Made by a program: the position numbers and the translations under genes. DNA of 51,527 nucleotides, from positions 39,449-90,975 of the forward strand of contig MQRK01171752.1 of assembly GCA_001938485.1 (NCBI GenBank), written 5' to 3'. Each line of letters begins with the position of its first letter. The stretch's first letter is position 1. Below are positions 39,079 to 49,880 of the stretch, in pieces. The notes beneath the pieces are model-generated. The model was not told the DNA's origin and made no database searches. It saw nothing but the letters and a program-made list of their open reading frames with translations. Source of the stretch: Girardia tigrina (taxonomy: Eukaryota).

Positions 39079-41511
39079 TTATCATGGACTCCTAAATATG
39101 AAAACAAAATATCAAAAAATTAACTTTTTAAATTTCCTGTTTTGTATTGTTTAAACGCACTAAATGTGTTTACTGCTTAATAGACATTTAAAATTTTCTG
39201 ATCATTCCACAAATCAAACAGTTTTGTCTCCGCCGCCAAACACATTTTTTAAAAATTATAATTACAAAATTATTTAATAGTGTCGCGTTGTTGGTATTAT
39301 CCGCTTCAACATCTCTTTTTCGCTTTAATGATGCCACATCCCAAATAAATGGCTCAAACAATTTATCCCTTTTTGTAGCATTTTTATTCCTTCGATAAAC
39401 TTCCTAAATAGGTACCTATGACATGTGTTTACCTTTCTACATTTCCAACAAGTGTTTCATCAGAAAGAGTCTTTAGTACAGCTGGAATATTAGCGCTGAT
39501 CATTGCTCTCGAATTCTTCCAAAAAATGTAGAAAAACTCATTTGTTTAAAATTTAACTTGCATTTGATCGATTGATGAACTGTTAGAATATAATTTCGAA
39601 AGGGGCTTCTTTTTTGCTAATCGATTTATTTAGATGTATTTTTTTAAATGTTTCTTATCATCATTATATTTCTTATATAGTATGGGATTTAATTATCGTT
39701 AAGTTTAAATGGTCAATTTTTTTTCAATTTTTGCAAAACATTCACTGCCTCCAACTCCAAAAGGAAACCGGTACATTTAAAAATTATATCTCAGTCACTT
39801 AAAGTTGAAATTTGGATATGAGATAAATAATGTACTCATTTAGGTTTGTGTTCGGACGTTTTTATATAAATCTCACATATTTTATGCAATCTCACATACA
39901 TCGGAGAGACTGGCCATTATCTCTGGAAATGAATATAAAAGTACGCCTAATGAGTTGGTGAGATTAATATTGCTGAACATAGGAAACCTTGTAAATACTT
40001 ATATAACTTGAGTCAAAATAATTTAAAAAGTATGTACAAGCATTTTAAATATTATTGTCAGAGTGTCATGTGAAGCGTTGCTAATAAAATCTTGTGAAAA
40101 AAAATCAATGTTCAAACTACATTATCAAACAATTTTCGAATAGTGTTCAAATATTTTTACCTATTATTATACAATCATCCATTTAACATATACAAGCAGG
40201 AAAAAGCTCATAATCAGTGATTTGAGGATCACGGTAAAACTTTCGAAACATATGAAATATATTGTACAATGATGCTCTTATTTTTGATATAATAAATTAC
40301 GAATTTGATTACTTTCAATGATTTCCGAAGATAATATTATGAAATTAAATAAATATATAACTCTAAAATATAATAAAATCATGTTACTCCAAGATATTCA
40401 TCCTCATGTTCTGAGTTGATAGTTTTAATATTTTTATTTCCTGTGAATATTTATAAGAAAAAATAAGAAAAAAAAATTATTTATTTAAATTACATTTAAA
40501 TTACATAAATGTTTAAAAACCGCACTTTTTCAGAAATTCATAGTTTTAATAAAAGTATTATTTAAAACATAAAAAAGAAAATTAGAATAAAAGTACAAAA
40601 GAATACATCGATATAATTAAATTTCCAAGTTATTCATAATTGATTATTCAATTTATTAGATAATGGAAATACAATATGGATAATTGCTCGAAAGGAATTT
40701 TGGATTCTCTTTTGTACATTTGAAGTAACAATATTTTTATAAGTGGACAATAATGGTTATTATGATAATAAAATTAAATAGAGAAATAATAAAAAGAAAA
40801 GAATTAATTAAAAAATATAGAATATGAAAACTAATTCGCAAGTTAATTTTCATATATATACTATAATAGAATTATGATTTCTGTCTATGTGAAGTCCCCG
40901 ATGATTAAAGTGATTCGTTTAAACAACGACGGGAAATTTCCAAATTATTGTGATTATCTTTATCTTTATAATTATTTTAAATTAACTAAAACGTTTCGTT
41001 AAATTCCATATTGGAAAAAAAACGCAAAATTTTTATGTACAACAAAATAAGGAAACGAAAAGTTCAAAAAATCAATTCATTATTTATGTAAAATATATAA
41101 AATAATAATAATAAAAACAGACATGAAATATAAAAACATAAATAAAAAAGCGAAAACCAAGATGTCAACCAAAACTCAATGTTTTAAATTCAATCTTTCT
41201 TAGCAATATTATAATGATTTCATAAAACAAAAAAAATAAAAAAAAGCAATTACTAAATCTTTGTTCAAATATTCCAATATAAAAAAAAATACAAATTCAA
41301 ATTTTCGATTCAATTGATTTTAAATTAAATGAACAATTCCAATTTTATGCTGGAAGAATGTTTTTTTGGAATGGCGCATTAAATCACTGGAAAATTGGCC
41401 ATTCGATGCAATTTCCGGCTCATCTTGAGTTAACAAACGGGTTCACCCTAGTATATCATGTGAATGAATTGAATAGTGAATGTTGTGAAAGAATTTCAGA
41501 TTACAAGTCTT

Positions 41512-41553
<42 letters not shown>

Positions 41554-44500
41554 ATATTAAATACAAAATTCAAACATAAAATTCTCTCATCTTAATAAAG
41601 CCTAGTTTAAATTAAATCTGAAAATTGATAAGTATCAAAATGTATTAACATGTAGACCTTTAATTTATTATTATTTGTAAATTTTATTTATTTCTTACAA
41701 AAATAAGTTAAAATTTTTATTCGAAAAAAATTATTTTTTTCTACAAATCAGTCTTATTGTATTCTAGCTCTACAGTCGTGTAATACGTTACAAAATCATA
41801 CTACTGACTCCATACGTACTTAAAACATTTTACATTCTTTGGGACTCGATTAATTTAATTAATATTTGTATTTTTATAATAATTTCTCTTGACTTATAAT
41901 TAAAAAAGTATTTTTATTTTACTTAAATTCAATTCAAACATGGTAATAGTAATTTTATTCTTTTAAATATTATTTAATAACACTAATATTTTATGAAATG
42001 TATTTAGTATTTATAAAATTCATTACCGATGAAGTACATTACAGAACGAAATCATTACTTCAATTATGTATTATTTCTTATGTTATCATTTCATCCTAAA
42101 AAGGATTTGAAAACTGACATTTACTAATATGTTTTTTGTCGATAGGAAATCAGATAAAATTGTTTTTATATCAAAATAATTCTTCACATGAAAACTAATT
42201 TTGTCATTTTATATTGAAACTAAATTTTGAACGTTTTATCCTGTTTTGCTGACACATTTAACGGTATTGTTTGCTTGATAAAAACTAAATACTAATGTAT
42301 CTGATTTTATGTTTTACTGATTAATAGTATTGAACCTTTGCTGCCATAATACCAAACCAGTGTCCTATTAAAATATGGTATAATTTAAGTTTTTTACAGT
42401 CTATATCATTATACTTTTAATTGGAACAAGGTTGAATCACAGACATATCCTTGTTGATAAATTTCAAAATTTAAAACGACTTCCAATGTACATTTCATCC
42501 TCATTGGAAACTATTCGTTGCTGTGAACTAATTCTTTTAAAAACTTATTGCAAACTAAAACAACATGTTGCTAGATAAAAATTTGAACAATCATGTATAA
42601 TGTAGTCGACTAAATTATCATTTGATATTAAATATGCGATGATTAAATATGTTATCATTTTTTTATTTGCAGCCAAAGATCTTTTGGTTCACCAAACGAT
42701 TTCCATTTTGAACCTCTGATTTAGTTTTTTATAATGAAAATCTAATATATGTCTGACCATTTGATCGTATGATCTAGATGTTGGAAATTGACCTTAGAAA
42801 ACATTGTTAATATGAAATAACAAAAGCAAGTGATATTCTGCATTGACATAAGAGGTCAAGGTAAAAGTTACATATTTCAAAACGTAATGCATTTTGAGTC
42901 CCTTTGAATAGGTAATTTTGTCATAATTTTCCGTCAATCGATTACCAACAGAAATTAAATGACTTTAAATGAGACAAACCTTTTTTATTTCGTTATATTT
43001 AATTATCTGATCAATTTCCAATAAAAGCAAAAAAATTGTCTGATAAAAATTTCAATTCGTAGAATAAATCAATGAATATAAAATGTTGTAAGATTTCAAT
43101 AATAATTAGAGCAATACTAACAACACAAAAAAATAAGAAGCTGAACAGATTTAGATTTGAAATAATATAAACACTTTAATTGATAAAATAAATAATAACT
43201 AAAATCAATTGATTGTTTTGATCCTTGAACATTCAGAAGTTCAGAAGTTATAATTGAACTCTGATGTCAATGAATCACACTAAAATTGCAGACTTATATA
43301 TACAGTATGAGCATTATTCAACTAATTAAAAGGCACAATATTTCATAGAACTTGTACTTGGTACTACAGTACTTGGATTACTTGGTAATACTGTAAATAA
43401 GTATGACTAGGACATGTTATGATAAAAATATTTAAAAGTTTCCATTGTAAACTGGAAATATTAATACATGATTTTCAAAGTGATGGTTCATTCATTATGC
43501 TAAAAGCTGGTTTATATTTTTTGATCCATTTACCAATGAATGAGAGACACGTCGCCAGTGGCGCAGGTGCAACTTATCCAGTACTATTATCGATTTGTCA
43601 TGCCATAGTCAGATATCATGTCAAATATTTTTTACTTATTTAGAATTATTTAAAAGCAATTTTTTAACTTAAGAGAATGATAATATTGAAACTTATTACT
43701 TGAAATGTATATTTATAATACCAAATAAATAATCTAACGAACATATTTGAGAAGTTAACTAGAAATGGAAGAGAAATAGATCAATGTAGAAACTAAAAGA
43801 TCAATTAGGAAACAAGAAACCTAAAAGACGTATATGCCTCGAGTTTCGATTTGTGGTCTTAAATGGCCAATTTGTGCAATACATATTATTATTATTGTTA
43901 CACAAATTATAAGTATTTGTATAAGTAAAAAAATATTCCGAAATTAGCTTATATATCTCGCCATCTATATTTCAAATTTGATCATGTATATCAATACATA
44001 TATACATAATTAGTTAACAGATAATAAATGTTAAAGATACAAAGTCAATAAATAATTATATTAACAGATAAATACCACTTTGTCAAATTCCAATACCGTA
44101 GTCAAAAAAGTTTATTATGATTGCAACTTGTTTCAAATGCGGTTCAACTTTTATCCGAAAGTCTACTGATAGTTTGAATATTTTAACAAATCAAATCGTA
44201 ATAAAAGTTCAAAATCAGCTATAAAACAATATGAAATCGTAACCAGGATAAAGCCCATGATGTATCTAACTTAAATGATTAATGTTCGATATCATAAAGT
44301 CAAGGAACAATAAGATCAGTGAGGACAACTCTAAACAGACATCCATAATATTTTTTTCCTTCAAGTTATTAAAACAGACGTTGTTTCTAATCAATTTCAA
44401 TAGACATTTAAACCTGTAATCTATTGACCATTTAGCAATCGCCTTTGATATATTTATGCTATAAGTCATTTTAAATGTATACTATATTTTGGACAAAAGA

Positions 44501-46444
44501 TGTGAAACCATTCGTACTTTAATAAAAGAAGAACATGAATTAACTTGAACAAATACAACAGCGCCAAGAACTATATTAATAACACCGATCATATTTCCTC
44601 TTGTCTTCAAATTAACACAGATATTCTCTATTTTCTGTCATTTTAATTGTACAAAATCATAATAACTATAGAAATTTTATCCGTTTATTATCAAAACTGA
44701 CTGTCAGCGATAGTTTTCGCGGATCAATCAATAATTTTAAATGAAAATTAAACAAAATTTCTGTTCAATTCATATGGAACAAATTCAACTGCAAAACATC
44801 TTTAATAATAATAAAAAAATAGAATTTTAGACTATTTCAATTGGCAGTCTGAAATTCCGATTTTACACTGACATATGTTACAGCAGAAATTCTCGTTCTC
44901 TTCAAATATATCATTCTTAAGCAAAAACCGCAAAATAATGAAATTCATAGTTTACAATATTAATTAAAGAATTTGATGAAATTGAAATGATGAATTCAAA
45001 TTAATTACTTTTTAATGTTTATTATGTATCAATTAAAATTTGTATGGTTACATATTTTGCATTAAAAATATATGGTTGAAGGTCACTAAAAGGCGCCGTT
45101 ATACGTCGAATGATTCTTAGCTGCATAAGTATCAACAAGGTGCACATTTATCTGCAACCTGTTCTGCACAAGAAGTACCGTTGCATGGAGTGCTCTCACA
45201 CAATTATATTTCTACTACATCCATGCCATTTGGTGCACAAAATGAAGGGCCCATAGATACGGACAATTCCAAATGACAACATTTGATGTAATTCGAATGG
45301 AGTAATTGAATTTGTATTACATGAATGAAGTAGTTTTAATTTAAAGACAGTAAAAAATAATTATTTTTATTGAACAATTTGTCAAAACAGTTGTAATATG
45401 TTTCTATGAAACATTTATTTCATTAGTTGCATATCGAAGGAAGAGATCAGGTATTAAAATGTCGACGAAGGTTATTTTTTATAAAAATTTTTATGAATTG
45501 ATGATCTTGTTGTACATCCTGTTCTCTTATACATCTAACTAATAAAATTTATATTTTTCACTGAATAAACATTTTTTATTTTCATCGTATTAACATTCAG
45601 GATAAAACACCTAACTGGTTGTAAGAAATTAAATTTTTAAGAAATTTAAGAAATTAAATTAAATTAAATAAAAGAAATTAAATGATTTAAATAGTTAACT
45701 TATGTTTTGTGTTTCAAGATATTCCAGTTTGACATTATATTATTCAAGAAAAACAGTTTTATCATAATTCATGTTTTGCTGAATTCATCATTCACTTATT
45801 ATTAATTATCTTAATAAAAGTAAATCATACAATCCTTATTCTAGTTTGTTTCTGTTTATAATTTATAACTCTCAGTGACAAATTTAATGAGAACATCTTC
45901 AAAATTCATTGTTTAATATTTGTATGCTGGAATTAATAAGATAAAAGTTTAAAACTCAATCAATGTTTTAAATGAATAGGTTGAAAGAGTACGCTTTTGA
46001 ATTATAATGGATATTGAAAAAACAACATTTAAAATTAAGTTGCATTTAGTTTAATTTATAAGTGGTTTAAAATGGCATCCAATAGAAGGTCTGGCTTTCA
46101 TTATGGTTCTCTAGACTACTTTTGTCAAAACCTTTTTGGATTTGGAACACGAAAACCGAATTAAACTGACCCATATATGATAGAATCATATTTAGTATAA
46201 TCACGAAACATTTTTACTTGCTTTTCATAATTTATCACTACATTGGTCAAGAATTATATTAAAAATTCTGTTTGATACACAAATAAAGTAACAACTATAA
46301 TTCAAAACGTGAAAAACTTTAACATTTATAATTTATACTGATTTATCTTTTCTTAATACAAAAAATATTCTTTGATCATAAGAAGCTTAAGATGTTCTAC
46401 AATTCATATTACATGCAGTTTAACTTTTGGAAAGTTTAAACAGA

Positions 46445-46485
<41 letters not shown>

Positions 46486-49400
46486 AAATGGAATATTGAA
46501 GTAAGAAAATTGAAAATTGATGCAATGTTTTTTTAATTATAATTAATGATTATGGATTTTTAGAATATTTATCGAGTAGACATGACAAAAATTAAATATA
46601 TTACAGTGGAAGTACACATGAAAAAAAAGCTTGAAGTAGGAAAGGAAAAAAAGAAAGTATCTTATTCGGTCTATATTGTAAAGAAAATATTTTTCTAATG
46701 TAATTATCTTTTTCATGGGTGTTCTTGTAGTGAAATAAATAACGGGAAAACATTTTTTCGAACATTTGTCTGAAGAATAAAAACAAAATATTGCCGACGT
46801 GACTTGGAGATTTCACAAAAATATTTCAAAAGAAATATATTCTACATTCTAAAACTTTCAAAACATTCTTCTTTAAGAACGAATTCCACTTCAATTTAAG
46901 TTTTCCTGATAAAGTATTTCTAAACGACATAATTATTAAAATGTTTGACTTAAGTTAGTTTCCTTCACCTTTAATTATTTTTGCAGTGACTATCTCTATC
47001 GCATCGCCTTCCTTTTGATCTTTAACCTTATCGATTACTATGTATCAGACATCAATAATTATTATTAATAATATTCTGTTCTCTCTATTATTATTATATA
47101 TGCATTAACATAAATTAACTTAGAAATGAGGGTGAGAACGGAAAAAAGAGAAATTCTCACTGATTAATAACATTTCACAAAACAGTAAAATTGCTAGGAA
47201 AATAATATAAAAAAACTTTCATATTATTATTCCGTTACAAAACCATAGTTCTGCAATTTTCACAGAAACAAATTATCACAACAGATTTACTTTCTAAACC
47301 AGTGATTCCCAACATGGGTACCGCGAGCATCTGAAAAGGGTGCCGCGAGCTCGAAATTATAAAATAATAAAATATGTATTTTACAAAAATATTATAATAT
47401 ATAATATATAAAATAAATAAAAAATGAAATTGTACAAAAATATCTATAAATATAGAAGAAATATTTAAATTACTTTTACTTTCAATACATTGATAAATAA
47501 TAACACTCAGGAAATCCCTGATAAGCGCATGTCGTATGAATGTTCAGTGCATTGGAAAAGTAGAAGCATAGTGTATATCACGACAGCGACTGTTAGTTAT
47601 GCTTATGTCGACATCCATAATAAAAGTTTTTTAAAAAACAATAATATAAATAATTATTGATTACATTCCAAACAAATTTTCCTTTACCATGTTCACTTCG
47701 CTGATATCCAAACGTTTACAATTTCAATCAACCTTTATAACTAGGGCAACCGGGTGACAAAAAGTTGAAATTTCTAAAACTTTTTCGGTTGGCCTCTTTA
47801 TAACTCTAATAAATTTCAATATAATTTTTTTATGTAATTACTTTAAAAAATTTATAAAGTCAAAAAGATTTATATATGTGTGTGTGTGTATTTTGCAATA
47901 AAAATATGGTATGTGATTAATATGTTCATTTCTAATAAAAACAATGGCCCTTTTTTTGGGGGTGTGTGGGTTGGTGGGTGCCGCGAAATTTTAAAATTGC
48001 ATATTGGGGTGCATGTAAAGAGTAAATCTTAAATTAAAATTGTTTTTATTTTACAGCTTTTGATAAACCAATGAAAATGAAAAGTATAGTAAAAAATGTC
48101 TAGATCAATGGCTACTGAGTTAAGGAATTGGTAATTGAGCTGGAAATTTTATCTCTCCATGCAATATAGTAGTCGAAAAGATTCATAATTTTGATGAGAC
48201 TTTTATATTTATTGAAGATTCACACAAAACATTAAAAGTTGCTGGAACTAAAAGAGTTTCAATGTGTTCAACAGGACTTTCTAAATTTAGAATTACTGAA
48301 ATTTGCATTACATTTGTATTAGGCAAGAAATAAACGGTCAATATAAAGGAATGGTAAAACACCAAATGGTTATATGCTAATAACCATTGAAAATCGGGGA
48401 TGGATACTGATTTGATTATCAAATGGATAAATGATGATTTTCCACCCAAAACTTGGGTAATCAAAAATAATATTTACTGTTTACAGCGCCTGATTAAATA
48501 AATTGTACAGTTGAATCTCTCCTTGTATTCCCTAATCCATTACGGTCTAACTTTATATATACAACTTGATGATGTTAGCTGGTTTAAAATCTAAAAATCA
48601 TATTGATCTAGCATCGTAAAATTGTTTATATTCCGAAAGTGTAAAAAGAACCAGAGGCCGAAAAAGTGAGCCACCCATTTATAAAATAATGTGTCAATGT
48701 CTAAAAATTTGGTGACAATTCATTTTTTATTATAAAACGGCTTCTGAAGTAGAATAAAGTTTTTTTCTGTTATCAATGATAATTGACAAATTATTTAAAT
48801 TTAAATAATTAATAAATTTTTGTTTAATGAATAAATAATGTTAAATAATTAATATGTAATAAAATTTAACAAAAAAATAAATATTCAAAAAAAAAATCCA
48901 ATAAGATTTACTTTTCAGAGAACCAAAAGAAAAACAAACCAAAACAAACAAAAGATTTCTAAATTTTCCAAAGGCAAAAAAAGCGAATTTAGACACATAA
49001 AATTGAAACAGAACAAGAAAAAAATCAAAAATAATTCAGTATATTTTTCTCTTTCTATATTATTTTTTATTGTTTGATTTTATTTTGGAAAAGTAAGTGC
49101 ACCTGTTTACCGAAACCGTTATTGTTCTATTAAGCAAATAATTACAGGTAAAGAAATCCGAGAAGACCGCCCGAAAATACCCTAACATTCAAAACAGGAG
49201 GCACAACACTCTGGGACAAACAACAACTACAGCCGCAATATTGATTATCTCATAACACACACAACCACAGCAGCGCGCGTATTGGTGGGTGCGGTTGAGT
49301 GTGTACGTGTGCTGTCTATGCAATCACACACCTTATCGATTGCATCATATCTATTTGAACTCGTCTCATACGATTGCGGTTGATGTAAATTGTGTTCAAA

Positions 49401-49880
49401 CACATTTAAATTTGAATTAAAATTTAATTTAAAAATTTTAAAAATAATAATAATATAAATATAATTTTGATATACACACCTAAATACTGAATTGTGAAAC
49501 CCAGTGGCGGTCGTAACAATTGCTTCATCCAGGCTAATTTAATAATTTCCAGGAAATTATCACCGCCTCCGAGCATGATAACGTGAGGGTCGATGTGACC
49601 GACAAGAACGCAATTTTGAACGGCTTGTATAAGGCTTAAATTCCAATGATTAAGAGCATTTGCAGCTTTAAACGAGGCAAATAATTCGAATACATTCGAT
49701 ACAGAATTCGAAATCGACGAAAGACTTTGAAAACTTATTACGATTATTTTTTTGCTTTTCGACTGACTGAAGAGTTGACTTAAAGAAAAAAATATTATAT
49801 TCAGTTTTACGAGTTGCTATTTTTCCAAATAATTTTCATTGAAACAATTAAAATTTTTCAATTAGAATAACTCACCTCAT
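20288..49880 (-). CDS. STOX: Storkhead-box winged-helix transcription factor gene (STOX1/2, ham-1, knockout family); join(49876-49880, 49480-49778, 35025-35282, 20288-20787) = 353 aa if exon 4 is terminal
   Basis: Spliced translation MSQLFSQSKSKKIIVISFQ...FELFASFKAANALNHWNLSLIQAVQNCVLVGHIDPHVIMLGGGDNFLEIIKLAWMKQLLRPPLGFTIQYLG/ELCNFLVSKTPQCSSAELEESVCKCICELVNTG...MIKSILDNLQQKGLVYNTG/HGYNVMTAD. It matches recalled STOX1 motifs FRAFRRANARCFWN, AWRRRALRPPRGFRI, QSQFVPLGEVLCCAISDM and KIYHTGEGYFIVTP in order. All introns are GT-AG with consistent phases (2,1,1); total 1062 nt is a multiple of 3. Confidence 0.9.
22530..22770 (-). mobile_element. Decayed mariner fragment (mellifera-like HTH/WVPH region)
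   Basis: Across frameshifts: NIDSNRYIRASEIVENLNL...KQLGYAKKLDL*VPHQFKKIYLTKHSNIC, similar to KLDVWVPHELKEIHLTQRINIC. Confidence 0.8.
25973..26724. mobile_element. 752-bp MITE with TA flanks
   Basis: Perfect 29-bp TIRs CAGGGTTTTCCATTCAGTTTTGACAATTT / AAATTGTCAAAACTGAATGGAAAACCCTG; no ORF. Confidence 0.9.
30010..30388. other. Assembly gaps (N runs 30010-30199 and 30339-30388)
   Basis: N characters inside the DD35E element. Confidence 1.
30200..31159 (+). pseudogene. DD35E transposase pseudogene (open 30578-31159)
   Basis: IIEENPLLTLKEI (HTH), IIYINEC*YNVWTRRTFGR (first D changed to N, adjacent stop), LVLDNARPH-(35)-LPPYSPFLNPVE. Confidence 0.88.
31439..32325 (-). mobile_element. 3'-truncated rosa/DD41D-like (Tc3-like) transposon relic
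   Basis: Terminus TA|CAGGGTGATCATAAAGTAAC at 32325; ATG at 32152; KFEETGSVLN..SGRP, KMFPYIIQ, LIFSDES, VNRHNCRI, IYGPFFIEGNITAALYLDML, LQQD, then truncation. Confidence 0.85.
32899..32930. repeat. (TA)n microsatellite
   Basis: Direct inspection. Confidence 0.95.
34128..34450 (+). repeat. GC-richer structured ~320-bp insert, SINE or RTE 5'UTR-like
   Basis: Sharp GC rise, multiple hairpins, and an A-rich 3' end (CCAAAAAAAATAA). Confidence 0.4.
35025..35282 (-). CDS. STOX: STOX coding exon 3 (storkhead winged-helix domain)
   Basis: Acceptor TTTCCTTTTCAG|GA GAA CTG, donor ACG G|GTAACA; 258 nt; lies within track ORF 35014..35334. G,E,Q,L,E,C,I spacing is the same as STOX1 helix 1. Confidence 0.92.
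35635..36453. mobile_element. MULE-like MITE relic with internally repetitive inverted termini
   Basis: AAAGACCAAAATTAATTATTACAAA (~35693) is the exact reverse complement of TTTGTAATAATTAATTTTGGTCTTT (~36388). GGG start and repeated CAAATG/CCGAA units. Confidence 0.6.
38615..38655 (-). ncRNA. Minimal hammerhead motif with intact CUGAAGA/GAAA core
   Basis: CTGAAGA-T-GACGG-TAAAA-CTGTC-GAAA (38649-38623); stem II fully paired with one G-U; stem III/cleavage site deviates (TATAG). Confidence 0.6.
38688..39782 (+). mobile_element. Internally deleted hAT transposon relic
   Basis: 39430-39560 encodes YLSTFPTSVSSERVFSTAG...SRILPKNVEKLICLKFN (hAT dimerisation domain). Degenerate termini GGATGAACCTGTTTTCGGCTACGG / GGAAACCGGTACAT with CCGG-type subterminal repeats. 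Confidence 0.8.
39047..39075. repeat. (TA)n microsatellite
   Basis: Direct inspection. Confidence 0.95.
41515..41550. repeat. (TA)n microsatellite
   Basis: Direct inspection. Confidence 0.95.
46446..46482. repeat. (TA)n microsatellite
   Basis: Direct inspection. Confidence 0.95.
47300..48015 (+). mobile_element. hAT-Charlie-like MITE, right TIR missing
   Basis: CAGTGATTCCCAACATGGG terminus; GGGT(A/G)CCGCGA subterminal motifs at ~47316, ~47338 and ~47976. Confidence 0.65.
48150..48600 (+). mobile_element. pogo/Tigger-type (DDE_1) transposase relic
   Basis: IHNFDETFIFIEDSHKTLKVAGTKRVSMCSTGLSKFRIT...GMDTDLIIKWIND...LIHYGLTLYIQLDDVSWFK, with stops and frameshifts. Confidence 0.8.
49480..49778 (-). 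CDS. STOX: STOX coding exon 2 (conserved N-terminal block)
   Basis: 299 nt open frame ending ...LAWMKQLLRPPLGFTIQYL-G, donor G|GTGTGT, phase 1. Confidence 0.93.
49876..49880 (-). CDS. STOX: STOX coding exon 1 (ATG AG only)
   Basis: Minus strand ATGAG|GTGAGT is a strong donor. The phase-2 junction joins to TTTTTCTTTAAG|T CAA CTC at 49778 through a 97-nt intron, giving M-S-Q-L. An in-frame TAG in the intron excludes read-through. Confidence 0.75.

Larger units (their letters stand above)
38580..40290 (+). mobile_element. Second Penelope-like copy (same family as 15.5-16.4 kb) with inverted pLTRs, interrupted by a hAT relic
   Basis: Inverted repeats ~38580-38680 / ~40194-40290 (AAAAAGCTCATAATCAG...ACGGTAAAAC..TCGAAA). 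39830-40150 translates across frameshifts to LGLCSDV, CNLTYIGETGHYL, NIAEH, CEALLIKS, INVQT. Confidence 0.85.

Noticed and set aside
6995-46816. Short I/K/F/N-rich track ORFs (e.g. 6995, 7576, 7970, 8817, 14713, 24653, 25391, 28941, 41358, 46601), antisense ORFs over transposases, and N-spanning ORFs 30001/30228
   Set aside because: Composition mirrors AT-rich background, shadow frames or gap artefacts; no motifs or splice support.
20788-49479. Near-identical lengths of STOX introns 2 and 3 (14197 vs 14237 nt)
   Set aside because: I see no sequence similarity between them, their TE content differs, and intron 3 includes N gaps of estimated size; this is coincidence.
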